Source: a bacterium
Lineage (GTDB): Bacteria > Patescibacteriota > Minisyncoccia > Moranbacterales > GWC2-37-73
Direction of reading: 5' to 3'
NCBI GenBank assembly: GCA_003251635.1
Contig: QKEW01000012.1
Location: 53,333 to 117,332 of the forward strand
DNA length: 64,000 nt
Under the pieces are notes generated by a model. It searched no databases. It saw nothing but the letters and a program-made list of their open reading frames with translations, and had not been told where the DNA came from. Shown here piece after piece: positions 19,993-29,535 of this stretch; positions within the stretch are counted from its first letter, which is position 1; every line of letters begins with the position of its first letter. The translations under genes and the position numbers were made by a program.

Positions 19993-21105
19993 ATGAAAAA
20001 AGTCTTATTAGTTACTCGTCCAATCGCCCCACCCTGGGATGAAGCTTCCAAAAACTTTGCCTATTTTCTAGCCAAGAACAATCGAGATTTTGAATTTAAT
20101 CTGCTTACTCCCGGCCAAATTGATTCGCTAGAAAAACACATTCAACAAATACCCATTTACACTTCCAACAGCCTGAATCTTAATTGGAAACAGCGCCTGA
20201 AGCTTTTTAAACTTCGCAGCAAATTGAAGGATTTCGATTTGGTTCACTTCATGCTTACCCCAAGCCGCCTGAATTCTTGGGCATTTAAAACTTTTTTGAC
20301 CAATTCAAAGATTAAAACCGTCCAAACCGTGGCCACTTTGCGCCAAGATCTTTTCTCCGACGAGCAACTCAAAAAAATAATGTTTGCCGATCTAGTCATC
20401 ACCTATTCCGATTGGGCCAAAAACAAGCTGGAACAGGTCGGGGTCAAGAACGTCAGACGCATATATCCCGGTATTGATCTTGAGCTTAATCGACCGACCG
20501 AAAAAGACCCGGAAACCCTGAAATTTTTCAATCTTTCTTCTCAAGATTTTGTCATTACCTACCCAGGTGAATATGTGCGCTTGGGAGCTACTGATTTTCT
20601 AGTTAAGAGCCTTCCGCTAATTTTTCAAAAAATACCTACGGCTAAATTTGTTTTTGCCTGTCGAATTAAAAATGAAAAAGATGCTCAAAAAAAAGCAGAG
20701 GTACAAAAAAGTTTGCAACAAAAAAATATCTTGGATCGAGTGGTTTTCACTGACACTTTTGCCCAAATGCCTAAACTTTATAATCTTTCTGACATAGTTG
20801 TTTTCCCAGTGCAAAATATGCACGGTAAATTTGACGTACCATTGGCCGCCATTGAAGCCATGGCCTGCGCCAAACCGTTGGTTATTTCCAACTTGCCGAT
20901 TCTGCAAGAATTCGCAAAGCCTGATAATTCTGTTATAATAAACCCGACTGATCAAGCCGAATTTATCAAAGTTTTGCAAGAATTGAAAAATGATCCGCTC
21001 AAATGCGAATCTCTGGGGAAAGCCGCCAGAAAATATGCCCAAGAAAATTTTGATATTCTCAATGTCAGCCAAAAATATTCGGAGATTTATAACTCGCTAA
21101 TTTGA
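19993..21105 (+). CDS. GT4 glycosyltransferase (atypical motif)
   Basis: IYPGID, DIVVFP..KFDVPLAAIEAMACAKP. Confidence 0.85.
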   Translation: MKKVLLVTRPIAPPWDEASKNFAYFLAKNNRDFEFNLLTPGQIDSLEKHIQQIPIYTSNSLNLNWKQRLKLFKLRSKLKDFDLVHFMLTPSRLNSWAFKTFLTNSKIKTVQTVATLRQDLFSDEQLKKIMFADLVITYSDWAKNKLEQVGVKNVRRIYPGIDLELNRPTEKDPETLKFFNLSSQDFVITYPGEYVRLGATDFLVKSLPLIFQKIPTAKFVFACRIKNEKDAQKKAEVQKSLQQKNILDRVVFTDTFAQMPKLYNLSDIVVFPVQNMHGKFDVPLAAIEAMACAKPLVISNLPILQEFAKPDNSVIINPTDQAEFIKVLQELKNDPLKCESLGKAARKYAQENFDILNVSQKYSEIYNSLI

Positions 21106-21111
21106 TTTTCC

Positions 21112-22608
21112 ATGAAATATAAAGTTAAGGATATTAACGCCCACAAAAAAGAATTTCAACTTCCTGACATGAAAGTGCCAGTAATTTTTCATACCGGCCA
21201 AGAATTATTACCCAATGATCACACTTTTGAACAACTAGAAAACTTGGCCAAAGATGATCGACTCTTTCATCACATCGCCGCCATGAGCGATGTTCATCCA
21301 AAAAAAGGTCGCAAAAATCCGACCGGAACCGCTATTGCCAGTCAAAATATTTTGATGCCTCAAATAAACGACACTGCCCCTAACTGTGGAATGCGCTTTT
21401 TGAAAACCGATTTAAATGAAGAAAATTTGAGCGAGGAACAGATAAGCGATATTTTCCGACAACTTGTTGAAGCCGTGCCAACCAAAAAATATTTCGGCAC
21501 GACAATTTCCCATCAAATGGCTTTGGATGTGGCCCGCTTTGGCAGTAAACCCCTTTTAGATCATTTCCAAATCAGGACCAAAAATGAATTGGAAAATACC
21601 TATGCCAACGGCAATCTTTTTCGCGATCAAAAAATTTCACAAAAGGATATTCTCGATTGCGTTCCTTCACTCTTTTTTCATATTGGCAAATATCGCTTGG
21701 GAATCTTGGGAGCAGCTGGCAATCATTTTTTGGATCTGATGAAAATCACCGAAATCAAAGATGAAAAACTGGCGGAAAAATTAGGTGTCAAAAAGGGTCA
21801 ATATATTTTTCTGCTTCATACCGGCTCTGGTCTTTTGGGACAATATGCTTCCTACATGTACACACCCAAAAAGAAAGAGCATCTCAGTCAGCAAATTATT
21901 CTAAAATTAGGTACTACCCTTTTTTCTAGTCAGAAAAAACGAATTTATGAAAGAGTCAGCCAGAAATTGAAAGAATACAAAAATCGCGACGAATTTTTAG
22001 GTTACGATGAAAACAACTTGGAAGGTCAAATGTTTCTGGTCGCCCATAAAACCGCAGCTAATTTTGGTTTTGCTAACCGCACTATTTTGACTGATCAAAT
22101 TGATCGCACACTGGAAAAAGTTCTGGGACGCCAAGTCGAATTGGATTTGCTCTATGACAACACCCACATTTCCATTGAAAAAGAAAATCATTTTGGCCAA
22201 GACGTTTGGATTCATCGTAACGGCGCCGTTCGTGCCAATGGTCCAAGTCGCATGAAAGATCATTCTCTTTTCAGCCAAACTGGCGAGCCGGTTTTCATCC
22301 CTTCCTCCATGAGCACCCCGGCCTATTTGGGGGTTGGCACTGATAACAACGAATCGACTTTCTTTTCCGCCGGACATGGAACTGGCCGCCGAGCCGAGGC
22401 ACAAAAAGACAGAGCTGCCGACAAAAAAGAACTTTTTGAAAAAATGGAAAAAAGCCAAGTCAAACTTTTCAATGCTAAGTCCAAAGGTGTCATCAATCAG
22501 GACAGCGCCTATTATAAAGATGTAGAAGAAGTAATTTCCGGCATGCAAGACAATCAAATCATAAAGTTAGCAGCTAAAATGCAACCAGTGGCTGTTTTGA
22601 TGTATTAA
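21112..22608 (+). CDS. divergent RtcB-family protein
   Basis: MSDVH, NCGMR, GNHFLD, HTGS, YDNTH, HRNGA, IPSSM, GHGTGR, YKDV and C-terminal PVAVL match the RtcB motif order, with many substitutions. Confidence 0.85.
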   Translation: MKYKVKDINAHKKEFQLPDMKVPVIFHTGQELLPNDHTFEQLENLAKDDRLFHHIAAMSDVHPKKGRKNPTGTAIASQNILMPQINDTAPNCGMRFLKTDLNEENLSEEQISDIFRQLVEAVPTKKYFGTTISHQMALDVARFGSKPLLDHFQIRTKNELENTYANGNLFRDQKISQKDILDCVPSLFFHIGKYRLGILGAAGNHFLDLMKITEIKDEKLAEKLGVKKGQYIFLLHTGSGLLGQYASYMYTPKKKEHLSQQIILKLGTTLFSSQKKRIYERVSQKLKEYKNRDEFLGYDENNLEGQMFLVAHKTAANFGFANRTILTDQIDRTLEKVLGRQVELDLLYDNTHISIEKENHFGQDVWIHRNGAVRANGPSRMKDHSLFSQTGEPVFIPSSMSTPAYLGVGTDNNESTFFSAGHGTGRRAEAQKDRAADKKELFEKMEKSQVKLFNAKSKGVINQDSAYYKDVEEVISGMQDNQIIKLAAKMQPVAVLMY

Positions 22609-22612
22609 ACTT

Positions 22613-23287
22613 ATGAAAATTATTTCCATTTCCGGGTTGGATGGCAGTGGCAAATCCACCCAGATCGAAAAACTCAAAAAACATTTTCTCAGAAAGAACC
22701 AAAAGGTTTTTTATCTTCACGCTATCGAATTTTCTCTGGCCAATAAATTCAAGAATTTTCGACAAAAATATTGTCCGCTTTGTCGGATTTTCAAACGTTG
22801 CAAAATTTCGACCGAAAATTCCCAAAGCGTCACTCGGGCCAATTGGCTGCAAATCCAGCTGCGCAAAATCCAACTCTTGATTGATATTTTGCGGTTTCGC
22901 AGCTTTATGCGCCAAAATAAAAATCATTTTGATGTTATTCTTTCCGATCGTTATTTTTTTGATTCAATAATCAACATTCAATACCTCTCGCTCTCTGGTC
23001 ATTCTGAGCAAAGCGAAAGACCTGATCCGGATTTGATGAAAAAAAATAGCCTGGGTTTTTTACTCAAAATGGCTGCCAAAATTATTCCCCAACCAAATCA
23101 GACTTTTTTCCTGGACGCCGAACCAGCTCTAATCATGCAAAGAAAAAGAGTGCCAGATCAAGGCTTGAAATACCTCCAAGCTAAACGTGAACTTTTTGAA
23201 GAGAAAATCACCGATTGGCAAATGCAGCGAATTGATGGCAATCGAAATGAAGAAGAAGTTTTTGGAGAAATTACAGAAAGTCTTTAA
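22613..23287 (+). CDS. thymidylate-kinase-like P-loop kinase
   Basis: ISGLDGSGKST P-loop, SDRYFFD, PNQTFFLD, RIDGNR; last gene of the operon. Confidence 0.8.
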   Translation: MKIISISGLDGSGKSTQIEKLKKHFLRKNQKVFYLHAIEFSLANKFKNFRQKYCPLCRIFKRCKISTENSQSVTRANWLQIQLRKIQLLIDILRFRSFMRQNKNHFDVILSDRYFFDSIINIQYLSLSGHSEQSERPDPDLMKKNSLGFLLKMAAKIIPQPNQTFFLDAEPALIMQRKRVPDQGLKYLQAKRELFEEKITDWQMQRIDGNRNEEEVFGEITESL

Positions 23288-23303
23288 TCTTTTTTAGCAA
23301 TTC

Positions 23304-23342
23304 AAAAACCGCCCGAACGACACTGCGTCCCGGGCGGTTTTT
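23304..23342. terminator. bidirectional intrinsic terminator
   Basis: AAAAACCGCCCG...CGGGCGGTTTTT between convergent genes. Confidence 0.8.
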
Positions 23343-23351
23343 ATTTTATAT

Positions 23352-23648
23352 CTAATTTCCTTCTGTTTTAGAAAGTTCCCCCCAAAAAAGAATAGAGGAT
23401 GTCAGCGCTCCATGCAAAAGCAAGGAAGCAAACAAATATGCTTTCATTAAAGACGTGTCATGGTCCAACTCAACTAACAAAGCCTGTAAATTCACCGATA
23501 AATTAAATCCTAACAAAAAGAAACAAGACCCAATTGCTAGAATGAAAATAGCTTCCATTCCCTTGGTTTTTCTCACAGCAACACTAAGGGAACAAAAAAA
23601 GGCTAACGATATCATAATCACCGGAAAAGACCCCAAAAGAATAATCAT
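23352..23648 (-). CDS. small three-TM hypothetical protein
   Basis: Hydrophobic ORF; AGGA a few nt before ATG 23648; ends at the terminator. Confidence 0.55.
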   Translation of the reverse strand: MIILLGSFPVIMISLAFFCSLSVAVRKTKGMEAIFILAIGSCFFLLGFNLSVNLQALLVELDHDTSLMKAYLFASLLLHGALTSSILFWGELSKTEGN

Positions 23649-23808
23649 TTTGATCCTACCTTTCATCAAAAAGAGTTTAAAAAAAGTTTATATGAATCTA
23701 ATCTTTCCCTTATCCCTTATTTAAATAAACGATAAATTTTCAAATCAACTATTTGATGCTAAAATATAGTATATTAGCAACGTTTATTCATAGCATAAAA
23801 TCAATCAC

Positions 23809-25275
23809 ATGTCAAGCAATTTCCTTTTAAAGAGCGCTTTCTGGCTCACGGTTTCTGAAATTATCTATAACCTTTCCGGCTACATCATCCACTCCGCGGT
23901 AGGGCGAATTTTGGGCCCAGCCGACTACGGTCGCTATGGCTTGGTGGTAACTTTGACCACCATGGTCATCATCTTGATCGGCAACGGCATTCCGACCGCC
24001 ATGAGCAAATATTTGAGTGAAATTTTCCACAGCCATCCCGAAAAAGTCCAGCCCATCAAAAAACAGGCTCTGAAACTGCAGATCCTGATTATTAGCGCAA
24101 TCACCCTGCTTTTCTTTCTGGCCGCTCCCTTGATCGCCCGAATTTTGGGAGATCTGAGCCTAACCAATTTGTTTCGCCTTTCCACTTTGATTATTCCAGC
24201 TTTTGCCAGCGCCTCTTTTTATTTTTATTACTACACCGGCATCCATCATTTCAACTTGCAATCAATCCTCAAAACATTGCGCTCTCTTTTTCGAGTCATT
24301 GCCATCATCACCTTGGCCTTTTTTTTCCACGTTGAAGGTTCAGTAGCTGGCTATATTGTTGCTCCCCTAGCCGTTTTCTTGATAGCTTACCTTATTGATA
24401 AATTTAAAATTTCTTCAAAATTTCCCAAAAACAGCACTGAATCATTTGACTGGAAAAAGTTGGCCAACTACGCCTGGCCGGTCACTCTATTCATGCTTTT
24501 CTATGAACTGTTCATCTCCATCGACCTCTATCTGGTCCAAGGAATTTTGCGCAACGAGCATCTGACGGGAATCTATAACGGCGCCTTGACCGTGGCCCGT
24601 ATTCCCTATTTTCTTTTCTATGCTTTGACAATTATTTTGCTTCCAACTATTTCCAAGTCAACTTCTCAAAATAATCATCAGGAAACTTTTTCAATTATTT
24701 CCAGTTCTCTGCGCCTGATGTTGATCATGCTTTTTCCGGCCGTGCTGCTGCTATCTTTTTATTCTTCTCAGGTTTTGACTTTGTTTTATGGCGCAACTTT
24801 TTCCGAAGGGGCCGCAGCCATGTCAATTCTTTCCGTTGGAGTCGGCTTTTTAACTATTTTTTATGTTCTGAGCTTCGTTATGAACGGAGCTGGCAAGGTT
24901 AAGATTCCCATGTGGATTTCCCTGGGCGGGCTAATTTTTAACACTGCCCTAAACTACATTTTGATTCAAAAATATGCTCTGCTTGGTAGCGCCAGCGCTA
25001 CTGCCCTAGCCTCATTTTTGATTATGATTTTAATGCTAAGCTGCATTCGTCAGAATTTTGCCGTTTCAATCAAGCTAGCCTCTCTTTTCAAGATAATCGC
25101 GGCTTCCATAACCACATTAGCCGCCCTATTTTTGCTGCCAAATTCCCAGTTGTTATTCATTCTGTCCTCAATTGTGGCTCTGGGTATTTATTTTGCAATT
25201 CTCTACACTTCCAAAGAAATATCTTCTCAGGATTTGCAGCTAGTAAAAAGCTTATTGCAAAGAAAAAAGAAATAA
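23809..25275 (+). CDS. Wzx/MOP-family oligosaccharide flippase
   Basis: RILGPADYGRY, IDLYLV..GIYNGA, LNYILI..GSASAT; many TMs. Confidence 0.92.
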   Translation: MSSNFLLKSAFWLTVSEIIYNLSGYIIHSAVGRILGPADYGRYGLVVTLTTMVIILIGNGIPTAMSKYLSEIFHSHPEKVQPIKKQALKLQILIISAITLLFFLAAPLIARILGDLSLTNLFRLSTLIIPAFASASFYFYYYTGIHHFNLQSILKTLRSLFRVIAIITLAFFFHVEGSVAGYIVAPLAVFLIAYLIDKFKISSKFPKNSTESFDWKKLANYAWPVTLFMLFYELFISIDLYLVQGILRNEHLTGIYNGALTVARIPYFLFYALTIILLPTISKSTSQNNHQETFSIISSSLRLMLIMLFPAVLLLSFYSSQVLTLFYGATFSEGAAAMSILSVGVGFLTIFYVLSFVMNGAGKVKIPMWISLGGLIFNTALNYILIQKYALLGSASATALASFLIMILMLSCIRQNFAVSIKLASLFKIIAASITTLAALFLLPNSQLLFILSSIVALGIYFAILYTSKEISSQDLQLVKSLLQRKKK

Positions 25276-25294
25276 CTCTTGTTCGAAAAATAGT

Positions 25295-27073
25295 TTATTC
25301 CTCCAACAAATCATCTTGGCTTTCGTCGTCTTGTTCAAAACACTCTCCTTTGCGAAAGATTTCGTTCCAAGTATAACGCTTTTGAACATTTGAACTCTCA
25401 CCACAATCAGCTTTAGCCGGTTCAATGACTTGTTTTTGAGCTGTGATTGAATCAGGTTTGGGTTTGAGCTGGAAAACAGTCAAGGTTCCGAATTCTTTTT
25501 TACCAACCGTTTCGTAGTTTACCAAATATTTTGCCAACCGATCCTCCCAATTAGCTGCCGTACGATAAATCAGAAAATGATTACCTTCAGCATAAACAGT
25601 ATTAACAGCCAACATATCTTGGGGAATTTTTCGATCGTTTAAAATATAAATGAACGATCGAGCGTAATAGGATTCACTTTGCAGATAAATCGGGTAACCA
25701 TTTTGGCGATAAAAATCCTCTAAATAATCGACAATCACATTTTGCTGCTGATAAGTTACCCTGGCCCTTTCTTTCAAAATCCGATCCGGTTGAATTTCAA
25801 CATCTTGTGTCAAAGCACTACCCAATTGCCAGAATCGCTCCTGAATCGCCGACAAATTCAAGCCGACTAAAACTACTACCAAAACCCAAAAAATAACTCG
25901 GCGAGAATAAAATTTTTCCAAAAATTCAAAAATCAGTCCCAACCAAACAAAAGCCAGTGGAGCCGTCACCAGAAAAAATCGTGGCGCAATATCATAGGAT
26001 AGCGGCGTCATCACCCCAAAAGAAACGATCAGCCAAATCAAGCTCAAAATCAAAAAATCCTTTTTATGTCCTGCTTCTTTATTCCTAAAAAATTCAAAAA
26101 TCAACAAGATTATTCCTCCGGCATAAAAAACTCCCGCTACCAAACCCGGAATCAAATTTTTTCGACAATCATAATCACACTTAATATCCAAGGGGGCTAA
26201 AATTTTGGATCGAGTCTCAATTTTGGGAAGTTCAGCCTGCTCTCGTCCGGAAATTATCAAGAAATGACCGAGAGCATGTTCCGTGAAATTACGCGTAGCT
26301 TTTTCCAAAAGATTATGATCACTTTCATCTGATTTATTGGTTACCGCTGCCAAAAATTCCTGGATGTTCTCCCCTCCCGTTTTGACATCATTGATAATCA
26401 TGGGCGTATAAATCAAAACGATAATGCCCAGGGCTATCAACCAAGCCTGAATTTTAAACTTCGGTCTTTTGATTAGCAAGAAAATTCCCACAATTGTCGG
26501 CAAAATCAAAAAAACCAAAAAATGCAATTGGGTGCCGATAGCTACTGAAAAAGCCAAGGCATAGAGCCATCTTTGTTTGTGACCTTCCTGGTGATCAACT
26601 ATTTTGAGCAAGGAATAGGCGCTGAGTAACATGAAAAATGGAATCAGATTCGGATTCCAAGCAAAGCGCGAATACATTACCAAGAAAATTGAAGTTGAAA
26701 AGATTGCCAGCAGACCAGCCGAGATTCGGGTATTAAAATAACGTCTGGCAAATAAATAAAAAAGTGGCATGGTCAAAATCGACAAAATCAAGACTCCCGC
26801 TGCCATAGCCGGTGGCGTGGCCCCAAAAACTTTAGCTGTTAGATATTGCATATAATAGAAAGCTGGGCCCAAACGCAAGAAAGAACCGGCTGCCCGCGGA
26901 CCCTGAAGCGGCAGATAGCCAATTCCATCCTCAGCTGCCTTGAGGGCAATTTTAGCGTCACGTGCTTGATCCAATTCAAAGTGCAACCAGTCTCCAAAAT
27001 GAAAAGAGCGCAAAAAAACTCCAACTGCCATTATCAAAATCAACGTCCAAATAACTTTTTTTCGATTTTTCAT
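25295..27073 (-). CDS. ArnT/PMT-like (GT-C) glycosyltransferase
   Basis: FELDQARD early acidic loop, LGPAFYY, YSRFAWNPN, QLH. Confidence 0.82.
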   Translation of the reverse strand: MKNRKKVIWTLILIMAVGVFLRSFHFGDWLHFELDQARDAKIALKAAEDGIGYLPLQGPRAAGSFLRLGPAFYYMQYLTAKVFGATPPAMAAGVLILSILTMPLFYLFARRYFNTRISAGLLAIFSTSIFLVMYSRFAWNPNLIPFFMLLSAYSLLKIVDHQEGHKQRWLYALAFSVAIGTQLHFLVFLILPTIVGIFLLIKRPKFKIQAWLIALGIIVLIYTPMIINDVKTGGENIQEFLAAVTNKSDESDHNLLEKATRNFTEHALGHFLIISGREQAELPKIETRSKILAPLDIKCDYDCRKNLIPGLVAGVFYAGGIILLIFEFFRNKEAGHKKDFLILSLIWLIVSFGVMTPLSYDIAPRFFLVTAPLAFVWLGLIFEFLEKFYSRRVIFWVLVVVLVGLNLSAIQERFWQLGSALTQDVEIQPDRILKERARVTYQQQNVIVDYLEDFYRQNGYPIYLQSESYYARSFIYILNDRKIPQDMLAVNTVYAEGNHFLIYRTAANWEDRLAKYLVNYETVGKKEFGTLTVFQLKPKPDSITAQKQVIEPAKADCGESSNVQKRYTWNEIFRKGECFEQDDESQDDLLEE

Positions 27074-27173
27074 TTTATTGTTAATCCCTTTATTTTTCCA
27101 ATAAAAAGATGTACTATTAATATGATTAATTAACCTTATTTTAATACATTTTCAACCTCTAATCAAACCTTTT

Positions 27174-29525
27174 ATGTTTAAAAAAATTCTTTCCAAAACC
27201 CAGACTGTCTTGAACCAAAAGGCCATTTTTAATCTCAAAAATACCCGAACGATTTTGCTTTTCAATTCTCTGTTTTTCGTCTTAATCGCCAAATTTGTCA
27301 GCGATCCACAAATTCTGAAAATAATCCCGCTTTTTTACTTCATATACGCTTTGGAGTTTTTAATTTTGATTATTAATTTGTTTTTCAACTCGGCCACAAA
27401 ATATTCCCTGACTGAAAAATTGGGAAAATTTCTGAAAACCTTTTTGCCGGCCGAGATTATTTTGATTTTTGGATTATTATCCGCCCCGATCAATTTTAAC
27501 GTTCTTTTTCATTTGGCTGGCGGGTTATATTTGATCCTAACTGGAATTTGGCTGATTCGAATTCGTCATTTTCATTGGACAGAAAAAGAAAAATCTTCTC
27601 AAAGTCCAGCTAGCTTGGCCAAATCTTATCTTCGCTCTCAAGGCAAAGTTATCTTGACGTTGCTTTTACTTGTCATGGCGATCAACTTTCTCTTCGGCAT
27701 CGATCATCTGGCCAAATTTGCCGCCGTGGATGAACCGCTTTGGACTTTCGAAAGAGTTCCCCAATTTTTCCGCAACATCCTCGATGGCGATTGGGACAAA
27801 ACCAACATCAGCGATAAACCTGGCATAACCGTGGCCTTGATCTCCGGTTGGGGAATTTTCTGGGAAAATCCCAGGGTTTACAAAAAATATTACAAGGACG
27901 GAGAAGTGGATTCTAACCCCTATGACATAGCTGATTTGAATCTGGCCATGCGCCTCCCAATTTTTCTTTTCGCGATTTTTTCCCTGCCGATTTTTTATTT
28001 TTTTCTAGAACGCTTATTGGGCAAAACCGCGGCTATTTACAGCACCATTTTGATCGGACTTTCTCCAATTTTATTGGGAATTTCCCGGATCATTAACCCG
28101 GATTCCCTGCTGTGGATTTTTGCTCCTCTCTCTTTAATTGCTTTTCTGACCTACTACCGAAAAAGAATCCCGTTTTTTCTCTATGCCAGCGGTTTTTTTC
28201 TTGGTTTGGCCCTGCTGACCAAATACGTTGCCAATATCCTACTCATCTTTTTTCTGGGTTGGATTTTCTTGGAATATATTTTTAATTCCAAAAAATATCA
28301 AAACATTTCATTATCTCAATACTTAAAACAATCCCTAACTGATTATTTGGTTTTAATTTTTGTCGCTTTGGCCACTTTCTATTTGCCTTTCCCAGCAGCC
28401 TGGGTTGAACCGAAATTGATATTGAACGACACTATTTTTTCCCAGGCTTTTCAAAAAACTTGGCCGGTTTTCTTAGCATTTTTCTTGTTTTTGTTGATTG
28501 ATACTTTAGTTTTAAAAAGCAAGATTTTAAAAACAATTTTAGATTTTCTAAAAAAATATCAAAAAATTATTTTCGCCGGAACAATTCTATTTTTTCTCCT
28601 ATGCCTGATTTTGACTTTTATTAATGTCTATCTCGGCATGAGCTGGTTTGATTTTGTGGAGATCATCAGCTCACCCAAAACCTCCTATTCGGCCGCCGGT
28701 TATCGCGATCTTTTTTTGGCTAATTTCTTTCCATTTGTTTTCACTTTGACACCGATTACCATCTTGGCTTTGATTATTTGGTTATTTTTACAGTTTAGAA
28801 TTTTTCACAAAAAAACGATCAATCCAAAAATCTCCCTGACTTTCGCTTTGATTGTTTTTATCTTGCTTTATTATCTGGCCACCACCGTTAACCAAGTAGC
28901 CGCCACTAACCGCTATCAAATAATACTCTTTCCTTTGGCTATGATTTTGGCCGGATTAGCCTTGGGCACCGCCCATCTTTATTTGAAAAATAAGTTTACC
29001 AAAATCAATCCGAATATTTATTATTTTTCAATCATCTTGATTTCAACGATTTCCTTGTGGTCGACAAAACCGCTCTTCATGAGTTATGATTCGATTCTTT
29101 TGCCTAATCAATATTATACCAATTTGAAGGATATGGGTGATGGCAGCTACGAAGCTGCGGAATTCATCAACTCCCTGCCCAACGCCGATCAACTGCACGT
29201 CTGGACTGACAAGCGCGGGGTTTGCTCATTTTTGAAAGCTAAATGCTTTTCCGGTTTTGATTATGATATTTTCTGGCAAGAAGGTATTGATTTAGCCGTG
29301 ATCTCAGCTGGTCGGCAATCCCGAACCACCAAACTCATCCACACTTATTTGAATTCAACTAAAAAAGCCATCGTTCGATTTGATTGGCTCTATGACAAAA
29401 GCGACCAGGATGTAATTTTCGACTTACCAATCAATCAACGCCCAGCCAATTTCATAAAAGTCATCAAAATAAACGACTTGGAAGATTACCGCAATATTCC
29501 AGATCCAGCTAAGATAAAACCTTAA
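27174..29525 (+). CDS. ArnT/PMT-like (GT-C) glycosyltransferase
   Basis: AVDEPLW, DKPG, SRIINPD, GLALLTKY, RY motifs; extra N-terminal TMs. Confidence 0.8.
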   Translation: MFKKILSKTQTVLNQKAIFNLKNTRTILLFNSLFFVLIAKFVSDPQILKIIPLFYFIYALEFLILIINLFFNSATKYSLTEKLGKFLKTFLPAEIILIFGLLSAPINFNVLFHLAGGLYLILTGIWLIRIRHFHWTEKEKSSQSPASLAKSYLRSQGKVILTLLLLVMAINFLFGIDHLAKFAAVDEPLWTFERVPQFFRNILDGDWDKTNISDKPGITVALISGWGIFWENPRVYKKYYKDGEVDSNPYDIADLNLAMRLPIFLFAIFSLPIFYFFLERLLGKTAAIYSTILIGLSPILLGISRIINPDSLLWIFAPLSLIAFLTYYRKRIPFFLYASGFFLGLALLTKYVANILLIFFLGWIFLEYIFNSKKYQNISLSQYLKQSLTDYLVLIFVALATFYLPFPAAWVEPKLILNDTIFSQAFQKTWPVFLAFFLFLLIDTLVLKSKILKTILDFLKKYQKIIFAGTILFFLLCLILTFINVYLGMSWFDFVEIISSPKTSYSAAGYRDLFLANFFPFVFTLTPITILALIIWLFLQFRIFHKKTINPKISLTFALIVFILLYYLATTVNQVAATNRYQIILFPLAMILAGLALGTAHLYLKNKFTKINPNIYYFSIILISTISLWSTKPLFMSYDSILLPNQYYTNLKDMGDGSYEAAEFINSLPNADQLHVWTDKRGVCSFLKAKCFSGFDYDIFWQEGIDLAVISAGRQSRTTKLIHTYLNSTKKAIVRFDWLYDKSDQDVIFDLPINQRPANFIKVIKINDLEDYRNIPDPAKIKP

Positions 29526-29535
29526 ACTTTTAGAA

